NCBI GenBank assembly: GCA_938084685.1
Contig: CALKGE010000003.1
Location: forward strand, 99,898 to 163,897
DNA length: 64,000 nucleotides
Direction: 5' to 3'
Origin: an uncultured Pirellulaceae bacterium
GTDB taxonomy: Bacteria > Planctomycetota > Planctomycetia > Pirellulales > Pirellulaceae
The notes under the pieces are model-generated. The model was not told where the DNA came from. It saw nothing but the letters and a program-made list of their open reading frames with translations, and did not search any database. Shown here piece by piece: positions 37,843 through 46,417 of the stretch. Within the stretch, counting starts at the first letter, position 1; each line of letters begins with the position of its first letter. The translations under genes and the position numbers were made by a program.

Positions 37843-38118
37843 GACTGTTTTTTGAGGGGAATCTGTTTGCGGAAAAGGGTGAATGGCTATTCATTCATGT
37901 GTAACAATATCATGCCACGAATGGAAAAATGATTCTAGGGGCTAACAGTTTCCGTTGTCGTAAAACTTCAGCGATCTGTCAGACTGTGGAATTCTCTTCG
38001 TTGACACCTCGGACAATCTAGGTCTAGAATTACCTGTTTCCCTTTTGGTGAACACCGCTGCTCGGGCGAAGCAACTCGTTTGGGGGCCGGTGAGTTTGAC
38101 CGTTTACCTGCTAAAATC

Positions 38119-38991
38119 ATGCACGACGCAATTCAAAAAGCTGACACACTCATCGAAGCTTTGGCTTGGATCCGGCAGTTTCGTGGAAAGACGACTGTCA
38201 TCAAGCTGGGTGGTAGCATCATGAAAAATGAAGATGCGCTGCGTCACGTCCTGGTAGACATTGTCTTTATGGAGACCGTCGGCATGCGTCCAGTGATCGT
38301 CCATGGCGGTGGTGCTGCGATCAGCGAAGCCATGGATAAAGCCGGGATCGCTCCCAATTTCATCCATGGTCGACGTTATACGGATGAAGCGACACTTGAA
38401 ATTGTTGAAAAGGTGCTGGCAGGGGATGTCAATCGACGATTGGCAGAAATGATTGAAGAAATCGGTGGCCGGGCAATGACTCTCAATTTTGAAAGCACTC
38501 CTGTTCTGGTTGGCGAGAAACTGGAATTGCATTTGGAGGGGGACGTTGTTGACCTTGGGTACGTGGGGCGCGTCACGGAAGTAGAGCGGGCCGTCATTGA
38601 AAACCTTTGCTATGCCGGGACGATTCCCGTCATTCCGTCGATGTGTCTTGACCGGCAGGGGCAAAAATACAATGTGAATGCGGATACAGCGGCGACTACC
38701 GTGGCTCAACTGCTGGGAGCTGAAAAACTGGTATTCCTCAGCGATGTCAACGGAGTGCGGCGTGATAAAGATGATGCCGAGACTCTTATTCATTCGTTGT
38801 CAGCCAGTGAAGCTCGTGAACTCATCACGTCAGGAGTCATTGACAGTGGCATGATTCCTAAAGTAGAAGCGTGCCTGGAGACATTGGACCGTGGCGTTCA
38901 AAAAGTGCATATCATCGACGGTCGCATTCGCCATTCACTATTACTGGAAATCTATACCAGTTCAGGAATCGGGACACAAATCACAAAATAA
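38119..38991 (+). CDS. argB: Acetylglutamate kinase
   Basis: The track ORF starts at 38080. The start is revised to [33 protein letters not shown]. Also present: [15 protein letters not shown]. Confidence 0.9.
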   Translation: MHDAIQKADTLIEALAWIRQFRGKTTVIKLGGSIMKNEDALRHVLVDIVFMETVGMRPVIVHGGGAAISEAMDKAGIAPNFIHGRRYTDEATLEIVEKVLAGDVNRRLAEMIEEIGGRAMTLNFESTPVLVGEKLELHLEGDVVDLGYVGRVTEVERAVIENLCYAGTIPVIPSMCLDRQGQKYNVNADTAATTVAQLLGAEKLVFLSDVNGVRRDKDDAETLIHSLSASEARELITSGVIDSGMIPKVEACLETLDRGVQKVHIIDGRIRHSLLLEIYTSSGIGTQITK

Positions 38992-39086
38992 TGCTTCGAC
39001 CGCTTGGTGTTGAAGAAGGCCTCGGAATTGGCCGAATACAACTATTTCCTTTATTTTAAACTCACCATTACGAGAGGATCTGTACC

Positions 39087-40286
39087 ATGGATAATCAATT
39101 CCTTAGTTCAGCTGACACAGTCGAATTATTCCGACAATATGTAGTGCCCAATTATGGACGCTACAGTGTGAATCTCGCGCGCGGTGAAGGCTCGTACATC
39201 TGGGATGCCGAGGGAAGGAAGTATTTGGACCTGTTTCCCGGCTGGGGGTGTAACCTGTTGGGGCATTGTCCCGAACCAGTGGTCAAGGCAGTTCAGAAAC
39301 AGGTGGAAACCCTGATTCATGTTCCTAATTCATGGCACCTGGAATCACAGGGGCGGTGGGCAAAAATGCTCAGCGAACGAAGTTTCGGCGGGCAGGCGTT
39401 TTTCTGTAATTCGGGAGCGGAAGCTAACGAAGCAGCGATTAAACTGGCGCGATTGCACCATGGTCCGTCACGCTACAAGATCATCACGTTCGAAGGTGGT
39501 TTTCATGGTCGAACGCTGGCCACCACGACGGCGACCGCACAGCCTAAATACCACGAAGGTTTAGGTCCCTTGGTAGCCGGATTCCAGTATGCACCTCACG
39601 GTGACCTTCAGGCGGTCAAGGAACTGATCGACGAAGAAACGTGTGCCATTATGATCGAACCCATTCAGGGGGAAGGTGGAGTGCGAATTCCGCCGGAAGG
39701 CTTTCTGCAAGGGTTGAGGCAACTGGCAGACGAAAACGATCTTCTACTGATCTTTGACGAAGTTCAGACCGGCTGCGGGAGAACGGGAGAATGGTTTGGG
39801 TATCAGTACTTCGATGTGACTCCGGATGTTATCACACTGGCCAAGAGTCTGTGTGGTGGTATTGCGGGAGGAGCGATGTTGACGACCGCCGAGATTGCTC
39901 CCAGTTTACGTCCCGGGATGCATGCTGCGACCTTCGGAGGGAATCCGATTGCATCCGTAGCCGGGATTGCGACTCTGGAAATGATTGAGCAGGAAAACCT
40001 GTTAGATAATGTCGGTGTGCTTGCCGAATTGTTTGAGACTCGGTTCAAAGCCCTGCAGCAGGAATGCCAGTGGATTCGACAGGTTCGAGTGGCAGGAATG
40101 ATGATAGGTCTTGAGCTGGAAGTGGAAGGAGCTTCTGTCGTCCAGCAATGTCTGGATCGCAATCTGTTGATCAACTGTACGCAGGGCAATGTGATTCGTT
40201 TGCTACCTGCCATGAACATGACAACCGATCAGGCCAGTGAAGGAGTAGAAATACTGTCCGATGTGCTGCGCAATCTGCAGGTTTAG
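39087..40286 (+). CDS. argD: Acetylornithine aminotransferase (class III PLP aminotransferase)
   Basis: 399-aa ORF with [30 protein letters not shown] and LAKSLCGG (PLP lysine). It sits between argB and argF. Confidence 0.9.
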   Translation: MDNQFLSSADTVELFRQYVVPNYGRYSVNLARGEGSYIWDAEGRKYLDLFPGWGCNLLGHCPEPVVKAVQKQVETLIHVPNSWHLESQGRWAKMLSERSFGGQAFFCNSGAEANEAAIKLARLHHGPSRYKIITFEGGFHGRTLATTTATAQPKYHEGLGPLVAGFQYAPHGDLQAVKELIDEETCAIMIEPIQGEGGVRIPPEGFLQGLRQLADENDLLLIFDEVQTGCGRTGEWFGYQYFDVTPDVITLAKSLCGGIAGGAMLTTAEIAPSLRPGMHAATFGGNPIASVAGIATLEMIEQENLLDNVGVLAELFETRFKALQQECQWIRQVRVAGMMIGLELEVEGASVVQQCLDRNLLINCTQGNVIRLLPAMNMTTDQASEGVEILSDVLRNLQV

Positions 40287-40366
40287 TACTTTCATAAGTC
40301 ACCCGTTGGGTCCTCGAATAAGGCCCAGTGAAATCTCTGGTTGAACCTCATATTTGGTATTTAGTT

Positions 40367-41284
40367 ATGAGACATTTACTTTCGTTATCTGATTTGTCGA
40401 GTGATGAAATTCACGAGATCCTGGCAATGTCTGGACAGTTAAAGAGTGAATTAGCTGCTGGTCAACGCCCGCCGCTTCTGCAGAATCACAATCTGGCGCT
40501 GTTGTTTGAAAAGCCATCTATGAGAACTCGTGTCAGCTTTGAAAGCGGCATCAGTCAGTTAGGTGGGCATGCGCTCTACCTGGGACAGGATGTAGGTTGG
40601 GGAAAACGTGAATCGATCAAGGATTTTAGCGAGGTGCTAAGCGAATACGTTGATGTAATTGCGTGCCGCAGCTACAAGCATGAGACCGTGGAACAACTGG
40701 CTCGGTTTTCAAGCGTTCCGGTGATCAATGCATTGACTGATTATTCTCATCCCTGTCAGGCGCTGGCTGATGTGTTAACCATTCAGGAGGAATTTGGCCG
40801 CCTGGAAGGACGTCATGTTATCTTTGTGGGTGATGCCAACAATGTTTCCCGTTCACTGGCTATCGCCTGCGGCAAGCTGGGTGTTCGTTTCACACTAGCC
40901 TGTCCAGACGGATATCGGTTTAGCGACGCTGAGAAGCTTGAGATTGAGGCGGGGTGTGGAACATTCCAATTCACTCAGACCAACGATGCATTGTCAGCCG
41001 TCGCTGATGCTGATGCTATTTACACGGATGTATGGGCAAGCATGGGGCAGGAGAAAGAGCAGAAGCAGCGCGAGCAGGACTTTGCTGATTTCCAGGTCAA
41101 TCAGGCTCTGATGGAAGCAGCCCCTGAACACGCCATTTTCCTCCACTGCCTGCCTGCCAAGCGTGGACAGGAAGTGACCGACGAAGTGATCGATGGAACG
41201 CAGAGCCGGGTGGTGCGTCAGGCTGGCAATCGGATGCACGCGCAGAAAGCTCTTTTAGTCTGGTTAATTGGCGGTCAAAACTGA
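40367..41284 (+). CDS. argF: Ornithine carbamoyltransferase
   Basis: The track ORF starts at 40328. The start is revised to MRHLLSLSDLS. It has the motifs SMRTRVSFE, HPCQALAD and HCLPA. Confidence 0.9.
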   Translation: MRHLLSLSDLSSDEIHEILAMSGQLKSELAAGQRPPLLQNHNLALLFEKPSMRTRVSFESGISQLGGHALYLGQDVGWGKRESIKDFSEVLSEYVDVIACRSYKHETVEQLARFSSVPVINALTDYSHPCQALADVLTIQEEFGRLEGRHVIFVGDANNVSRSLAIACGKLGVRFTLACPDGYRFSDAEKLEIEAGCGTFQFTQTNDALSAVADADAIYTDVWASMGQEKEQKQREQDFADFQVNQALMEAAPEHAIFLHCLPAKRGQEVTDEVIDGTQSRVVRQAGNRMHAQKALLVWLIGGQN

Positions 41285-41328
41285 GCGTCGTCGTCGGAGA
41301 TCGCTGGCAAGTTGAGTCAGTGAAATGC

Positions 41329-42039
41329 TCAACTTTGAAGAGCCTCTTTTTGAATGCGTGTTAATTGGCGAATTCCTTTTTTCGCCAAGGCCAGCAGTTC
41401 GCCAAGTTGAGCTTCACTGAAGGTGCTTTCTTCGCCGGTCCCCTGAATCTCTACGAATTGCCCTTTCCCGGTCATTACCACATTCATGTCGACTTCGGCG
41501 GCGACGTCGAGTTCGTAATCCAGGTCGAGACGGGCCTTTCCATTAACGATCCCCACGCTGATGGCTGCCAGGCTGTCGCGGAGCGGAGATGTTCCGGGAT
41601 GCGGTAAGTCGTCCTCGAGACTATTAATCGCATCGACGACAGCGATATACGCTCCGGTAATACTGGCGGTACGTGTTCCGCCATCAGCCTGAAGTACTTC
41701 ACAGTCAATCGCGATGGTGCGCTCGCCCAAAGCCTCCAGGTCAGCGATAGCCCGAATGCTGCGCCCGATCAATCGTTGAATTTCTGTTGTGCGGCCGTCG
41801 ACTTTTCCCCGTTCTCGGCGTTTACGCGGATTGGTACTGGAGGGCAGCATATTATATTCGGCAGTGATCCAACCTTTACCCTTGCCTTCCATCCAGAGTG
41901 GTACGGAAGCTTCCACACTGGCAGTACACAGGACAACGGTGTTACCAGCGGAATAGAGTACGCTTCCCGGGGCTTTATTCGTGAAGTGACGTTGAACTGA
42001 GATCGGACGCAGTTGGTTGGCTCGGCGTGTTTTGGCCAT
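41329..42039 (-). CDS. rph: Ribonuclease PH
   Basis: 236-aa ORF with [35 protein letters not shown] and [18 protein letters not shown]. Confidence 0.95.
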   Translation of the reverse strand: MAKTRRANQLRPISVQRHFTNKAPGSVLYSAGNTVVLCTASVEASVPLWMEGKGKGWITAEYNMLPSSTNPRKRRERGKVDGRTTEIQRLIGRSIRAIADLEALGERTIAIDCEVLQADGGTRTASITGAYIAVVDAINSLEDDLPHPGTSPLRDSLAAISVGIVNGKARLDLDYELDVAAEVDMNVVMTGKGQFVEIQGTGEESTFSEAQLGELLALAKKGIRQLTRIQKEALQS

Positions 42040-42098
42040 GAAGAGAACCTGTAGAGAACCTGTGATGGAGAAAAAAAATGGTGAATGGCGGGGGGGCT

Positions 42099-42135
42099 AT
42101 AAAAAATACACAGGTCAGACAAAACCTGTGTATTT
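42099..42135 (-). terminator. Intrinsic terminator ending the three-gene PilM-like operon
   Basis: Perfect 12-bp stem aaatacacaggt/acctgtgtattt with an 8-nt loop. On the minus strand it is followed by a T-run (tttttat). It lies 30 nt downstream of the 42165 stop. Confidence 0.75.
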
Positions 42136-42164
42136 CATATTGTCAGTGATTTTGAAGTCGTGTT

Positions 42165-44621
42165 CTACATGCCGGGGAGACCTGGCATTTCTTCTCCTCC
42201 AGGGTTCGGGGCCATCATGCCTCCTTCCATGCCGCCCGGCATACCTCCCATCATGCCGCCACCGGCTGCGTCGGATGGGGCATCAGGTTGGTAGTTGTAC
42301 CGTTGCCAGAGTTTAACGTCGTCAAGCTCAGTTTTCACTGTCAGATTCCCATCCTTATCAAACAGGACGAACTCGCCTGGTGCGAAGATGGCATTGTCAT
42401 CGACAAACATCTTTTCGTAGGTGGTCCCTTTGAAGAGATCTTCGCCACCACGAAGGTCGCCAACGATAATATTGGTCTGGAAATTGTAACCGGGAAGGCT
42501 GTTGATCACTTCAGAAATCGGATGTCCGTATTCTGCGTCAGCGGTAAAGTTGAGCAGTGCACCTCGGCTGACATTGCGGTCGTAGGGGACATCTACCGCA
42601 CGTTGTCGATCAAAGACAATCGGCTTGAGAATGCCAAGGGGTTCAGCGTCTACGTAGGTTGCACCTGTCGAGGAACGGGTTTCACGAGCTGCTTCGACAG
42701 ACCCAGCTGCAATCATCGTTGGATCAGGCACTGTGATAGCTTCACTGGGAGCGCTCCATTCCGTCTTGCGGAACCAGACCGCGCCATTGGCAGCATTGGC
42801 CTGAAGTTCTTTGATGCGATTGAGTGAATTGACATCCAGAGTTTGCTCGGAAGGAGCCCGATGGTCAGCATATTCGTCATCAGGATTCGTATTTGGCAGG
42901 TTGGGGTCTTCTACCCAGAGTTGAACTCGATAGCGGTACGTTCGTTCTGTCTGTGCCGAGAAATCGAAGAAACGGACCATTTTGTAGTCAGGAATATCGG
43001 CAGAGGACATACCTCCCATTCCCATGCCACCCATGCCGCCCATGGCTCCGCCCATGCCCATACCAGACATGTCACCTCCCATGCCCATTCCGGACATGTC
43101 ACCACCCATGCCCATCCCGGGCATACCAGCCATATCACCTTCGCCGGCACCTGTCGGACCGCCCACGGTGTTGTTGTCATTACGTCTGGGTCGACGACCA
43201 CTGCCGGGGACGTTGGAATCGACATTCTCATCCGCCTCTTCTTCCACCGCGGAATCGTCTGTCGGTGCTTGACCAGCGAGCGGGATTTCTGGATGTCGCA
43301 AAAGATCGCTGATTTCGCGCATCATGACCGGAGGACAGGTTAGTGAAATATATTCATTGAGATGAGTACTGTCGACGATCTCATTTGCAGTACCATACCA
43401 CTGTTCGGCAGCTCTGTTGTGAGCTCGAGTGTTGAGTAAATCTTCCCAGGCGTATTCACCTTCGTCCTGTTGTGGGTTGTCAGTGATATCGACGCGTTGG
43501 ACTGTCATGAAGATGTAATCAGGACGGTCACGAAGAGCATCGTAGCCGGAACGCATTGCCAGAGCTCGTTCATACTCGTCAAACTGCTTCTTGAATGGAA
43601 CAAGTGCAGTAACACCGACAATGGTGTGAGCTACGGCAACGGGAGATCCTTTGGGTCTATCGGAAGAAGCGGGCGATCCACCAGCACCAGCCATATTTCC
43701 TCCTGCGGCACCTGACATCGCAGCAGTCATGTCACCACCTGCATCACCTCCCATAGCGGCAGCCCCGCCTCCCCCTGGTCGGTATCCCAGAATCTGTCCC
43801 CGGTCTGCTCGCAAGCGTCGCACGGCACTGGTTTGGGCGCCCATGCCGCCCATGGCTCCCATCATGCCGCCGCCTCCTTCAACTCCGGGCATAGTGGACA
43901 TATCACCAGCCCCCTCCGTTCCTGGGATTCCTGCGAACGGATCGTTATTCTCATTGCGTCTCTTGGGTTTGTTGGTAGGTTTCTTCTCTTCCTTTACTTC
44001 CAAAACAGCGGGCTCATCAGCAGCGGTTGGATCCACAGAACCTTCAGGCAGCGTATAGGCTACAGGGCCTGTCAAGGCATGGGCGCGCAGATCAGTGGCA
44101 GTATACAGTTCGGGGTCTTCACGCTTTTTAGTGTTTCGATTGATAGGAGGACTCAGCAGTCGCGACATGCTGTATTCAGAGGCACTGATATTAACCTGAC
44201 CTTCTGCAGCACGTTGTTCAAAGGACTTCTCTGTATCCTGTGTATAGGACTCTTTTTCTTTATCCCAGTCACCGCTGGAAATTGCTGATCGGGCATTCTG
44301 GATTTGCTGATCGAGTTGGTCAGGTGTTTGGTTAAACCGGTTACCCATCTCGTCTTTCCCGGCACTCAGGCCGGAATAAATGAGGTATCCGGAAGCGAGC
44401 ACCGCCAGTGTCAAGGCGATTTTTTCACCGTAGAGCACGAGCGGGTTATCAGTAATCTGTTTCCCCTTTTTTCGTTCGGACGAATCCTTCTTCTTTTTTC
44501 CCGTTTCAGCCTGAGGTGCATCTGGATCCGCAGTCAGGTCTGCTTCGCCGGTGGCTGCCAATACGGCGTTCATAATGGCTTCTGCTTCAGCTTCTTTATT
44601 TTTCTTGCGTCCGAATACCAT
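42165..44621 (-). CDS. Large bitopic envelope protein with Gly/Met-rich low-complexity tracts (third gene of the PilM-like operon); unknown family
   Basis: 818-aa ORF with a Lys-rich N-terminal region and one TM helix (IALTLAVLASGYLIYSGL). Several G/M/A-rich tracts are present, including GMGMGGDMSGMGMGGDMSGMGMGGAMGGMGGMGMGGM. A folded-looking C-terminal region follows (MVRFFDFSAQTERTYRYRVQLWVEDPN...). The protein ends in a GGMMGGMPGGMEGGMM tail. Confidence 0.75.
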   Translation of the reverse strand: MVFGRKKNKEAEAEAIMNAVLAATGEADLTADPDAPQAETGKKKKDSSERKKGKQITDNPLVLYGEKIALTLAVLASGYLIYSGLSAGKDEMGNRFNQTPDQLDQQIQNARSAISSGDWDKEKESYTQDTEKSFEQRAAEGQVNISASEYSMSRLLSPPINRNTKKREDPELYTATDLRAHALTGPVAYTLPEGSVDPTAADEPAVLEVKEEKKPTNKPKRRNENNDPFAGIPGTEGAGDMSTMPGVEGGGGMMGAMGGMGAQTSAVRRLRADRGQILGYRPGGGGAAAMGGDAGGDMTAAMSGAAGGNMAGAGGSPASSDRPKGSPVAVAHTIVGVTALVPFKKQFDEYERALAMRSGYDALRDRPDYIFMTVQRVDITDNPQQDEGEYAWEDLLNTRAHNRAAEQWYGTANEIVDSTHLNEYISLTCPPVMMREISDLLRHPEIPLAGQAPTDDSAVEEEADENVDSNVPGSGRRPRRNDNNTVGGPTGAGEGDMAGMPGMGMGGDMSGMGMGGDMSGMGMGGAMGGMGGMGMGGMSSADIPDYKMVRFFDFSAQTERTYRYRVQLWVEDPNLPNTNPDDEYADHRAPSEQTLDVNSLNRIKELQANAANGAVWFRKTEWSAPSEAITVPDPTMIAAGSVEAARETRSSTGATYVDAEPLGILKPIVFDRQRAVDVPYDRNVSRGALLNFTADAEYGHPISEVINSLPGYNFQTNIIVGDLRGGEDLFKGTTYEKMFVDDNAIFAPGEFVLFDKDGNLTVKTELDDVKLWQRYNYQPDAPSDAAGGGMMGGMPGGMEGGMMAPNPGGEEMPGLPGM

Positions 44622-44712
44622 TTTCGAAGTTCTCCGCCCGACAGATGCCGGGAATTTTTTTACTTAATTGTTGTTTTGTCTAACTGATTATTTTGACTGG
44701 GTTAAATACTGC

Positions 44713-46341
44713 TTATTCAGCTCCCACATCAGCCGGTTGTCCCTGGTCGGCTGGATCGCCGGCATCAGCCGGGTCATTATTATTCTGGTTTGCCTGCTGC
44801 TCGTCAGGGTCGATCCCCAACGCAGTAGGATTGGGGGGATTGTAGATGTGGACAATGCCGTAGACTTCTACTTCCTGATGGTAGGGGTGTTGTGCCGCCT
44901 GAACAGTGGCAGCCCCTTCACCACCATCCATGGTGCCCATCATACCTTCCATACCGCCACTCATCCCGCCGGCCATATCACCACTCATCGTGCCCTGCAT
45001 ACCGCCAGCTCCACCGCCGGCACCACCTTTATTGATGCCGCTATCACCGCCAATACGAACTTGAAGGACTTCGATACCTAACTCGGCATTGCCACAGGCA
45101 GCGAGGAACTGCGAGAGGTATCGCATGTCGAGTTTGAGTCGGATTCGAGTGGGATAACGTTTCGAGACGGCAAGTTCCGGGTTCGCCTTGCGGGAATTGG
45201 GATCCAGTGCCTCTCGCAATTCAGCAACCCGCAACGGTTTATATTTCGCATCAACATAGCGGAGGTCTCCAGGATCGTCGGTGGGTACCATCCTTCCCGA
45301 GCTATCGGTTCCGGCTGTGTTCGAATCGCTGGCTCCCTGCCCACCCTCAGGGGTCGTCGAAGAATTACTCATCTGCTGCATCATGTCCATGCCGCCCAGA
45401 GCATCTGCACCGCTCCCGCCTCCGTCTGCGGTCATTACTTTTCCACCGTTGAGAATGGCATCTTTGGCCAGATCAACTCCATTGGGGCCATTGTTGTCGC
45501 CATTCCGGGCAAGATCGATTCCGATGATTTCTGTAACTTTGGCGTTATAAGCCGCGACGGCTTCCTTATTGAGGTCTTTAATAATCGCCAGCCACTGTTG
45601 CAAGATCCACAGGTCTTCCTGTGTATAGAGAATCTGCAAGGTGGAGGGTGTTTCCGTAAATGTGAAACGTTCATTCAGCGCATTCTGGTTGCCTGATTCC
45701 CAAGCCACCATGTGGTCTGGTCCCTCTTCAACTGCCGGTGCTGCGCCTGTTCCTCCTCCGGCCGTCAGATTTCCTCCCGCTTCTGCTCCGAATCCGGCAA
45801 TTTCTTCGCCACCAAAACCGCCTGCTTCCGACTCATTTTCACCCCAGTCAGCATCGATCTGCTCTGCCAGCTTCGGCAGATAGGTCTTGAGAAAGTCGGC
45901 ATAGTTGGTACGAGCGATTCGTTTGACTTCGACAGGGTTTTCCTGATCATCAGGATTGATCACACCACTGGCCTCGACTTTTAATTCGATGGGCGTTAGT
46001 GGTATGAATGAATTCGCGGTGATTTGATCGAGTTCCCCATTGGCCGTGGGCCAGTTAAAAGCTGTCTTCTGGCTGTTGTATTTTGCATCCCAGGTTTTGT
46101 GGATATCAAACTTGATCTGCGTCATGATCTCTTCCATCCCTTTTTTGAACTTGGAATTCGGATGGTTGTTATCATTGACCTTCTGGATATTATCCATGTT
46201 GCTGAAGATCGTCTTGATACTGCTGGTTTGCTGAGTACGTTCTTCGTCCAGTTTTCCAATTGCCAAAAACCAGAGAACAGTCACGGTGACAGTAATCAAC
46301 CCTGAAGTAACCCAGAAGATAGATTTTTTGAAGTCGTCCAT
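44713..46341 (-). CDS. Bitopic envelope protein with a Gly/Met-rich tract (second gene of the PilM-like operon); unknown family
   Basis: 542-aa ORF with an N-terminal TM helix (IFWVTSGLITVTVTVLWFLAI). It has Gly-rich segments, a GGAGGMQGTMSGDMAGGMSGGMEGMMGTMDGG tract and an acidic C-terminus. Confidence 0.75.
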   Translation of the reverse strand: MDDFKKSIFWVTSGLITVTVTVLWFLAIGKLDEERTQQTSSIKTIFSNMDNIQKVNDNNHPNSKFKKGMEEIMTQIKFDIHKTWDAKYNSQKTAFNWPTANGELDQITANSFIPLTPIELKVEASGVINPDDQENPVEVKRIARTNYADFLKTYLPKLAEQIDADWGENESEAGGFGGEEIAGFGAEAGGNLTAGGGTGAAPAVEEGPDHMVAWESGNQNALNERFTFTETPSTLQILYTQEDLWILQQWLAIIKDLNKEAVAAYNAKVTEIIGIDLARNGDNNGPNGVDLAKDAILNGGKVMTADGGGSGADALGGMDMMQQMSNSSTTPEGGQGASDSNTAGTDSSGRMVPTDDPGDLRYVDAKYKPLRVAELREALDPNSRKANPELAVSKRYPTRIRLKLDMRYLSQFLAACGNAELGIEVLQVRIGGDSGINKGGAGGGAGGMQGTMSGDMAGGMSGGMEGMMGTMDGGEGAATVQAAQHPYHQEVEVYGIVHIYNPPNPTALGIDPDEQQANQNNNDPADAGDPADQGQPADVGAE

Positions 46342-46417
46342 TGTTTTATGCCCTTAAGTGGTTCGGAGTGGCAGCTCCGGTCCGTTTTTATTCAAGGTAT
46401 GCAGTGAATCAGGTTCA

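Noticed and set aside
38104-38793. A 229-aa minus-strand ORF antisense to argB. Similar long antisense ORFs occur in dnaB, prs, fae and the giant genes.
   Set aside because: Each lies entirely within a strongly supported CDS on the opposite strand and shows no motif. These are typical antisense open frames in a moderately GC-rich genome.
42843-44288. Several plus-strand ORFs (82-166 aa) antisense to the Gly/Met-rich gene, rich in His/Pro/Ala
   Set aside because: They are antisense reading frames of GC-rich, low-complexity GGM-coding repeats. They have no start context and overlap a long, well-supported minus-strand CDS.
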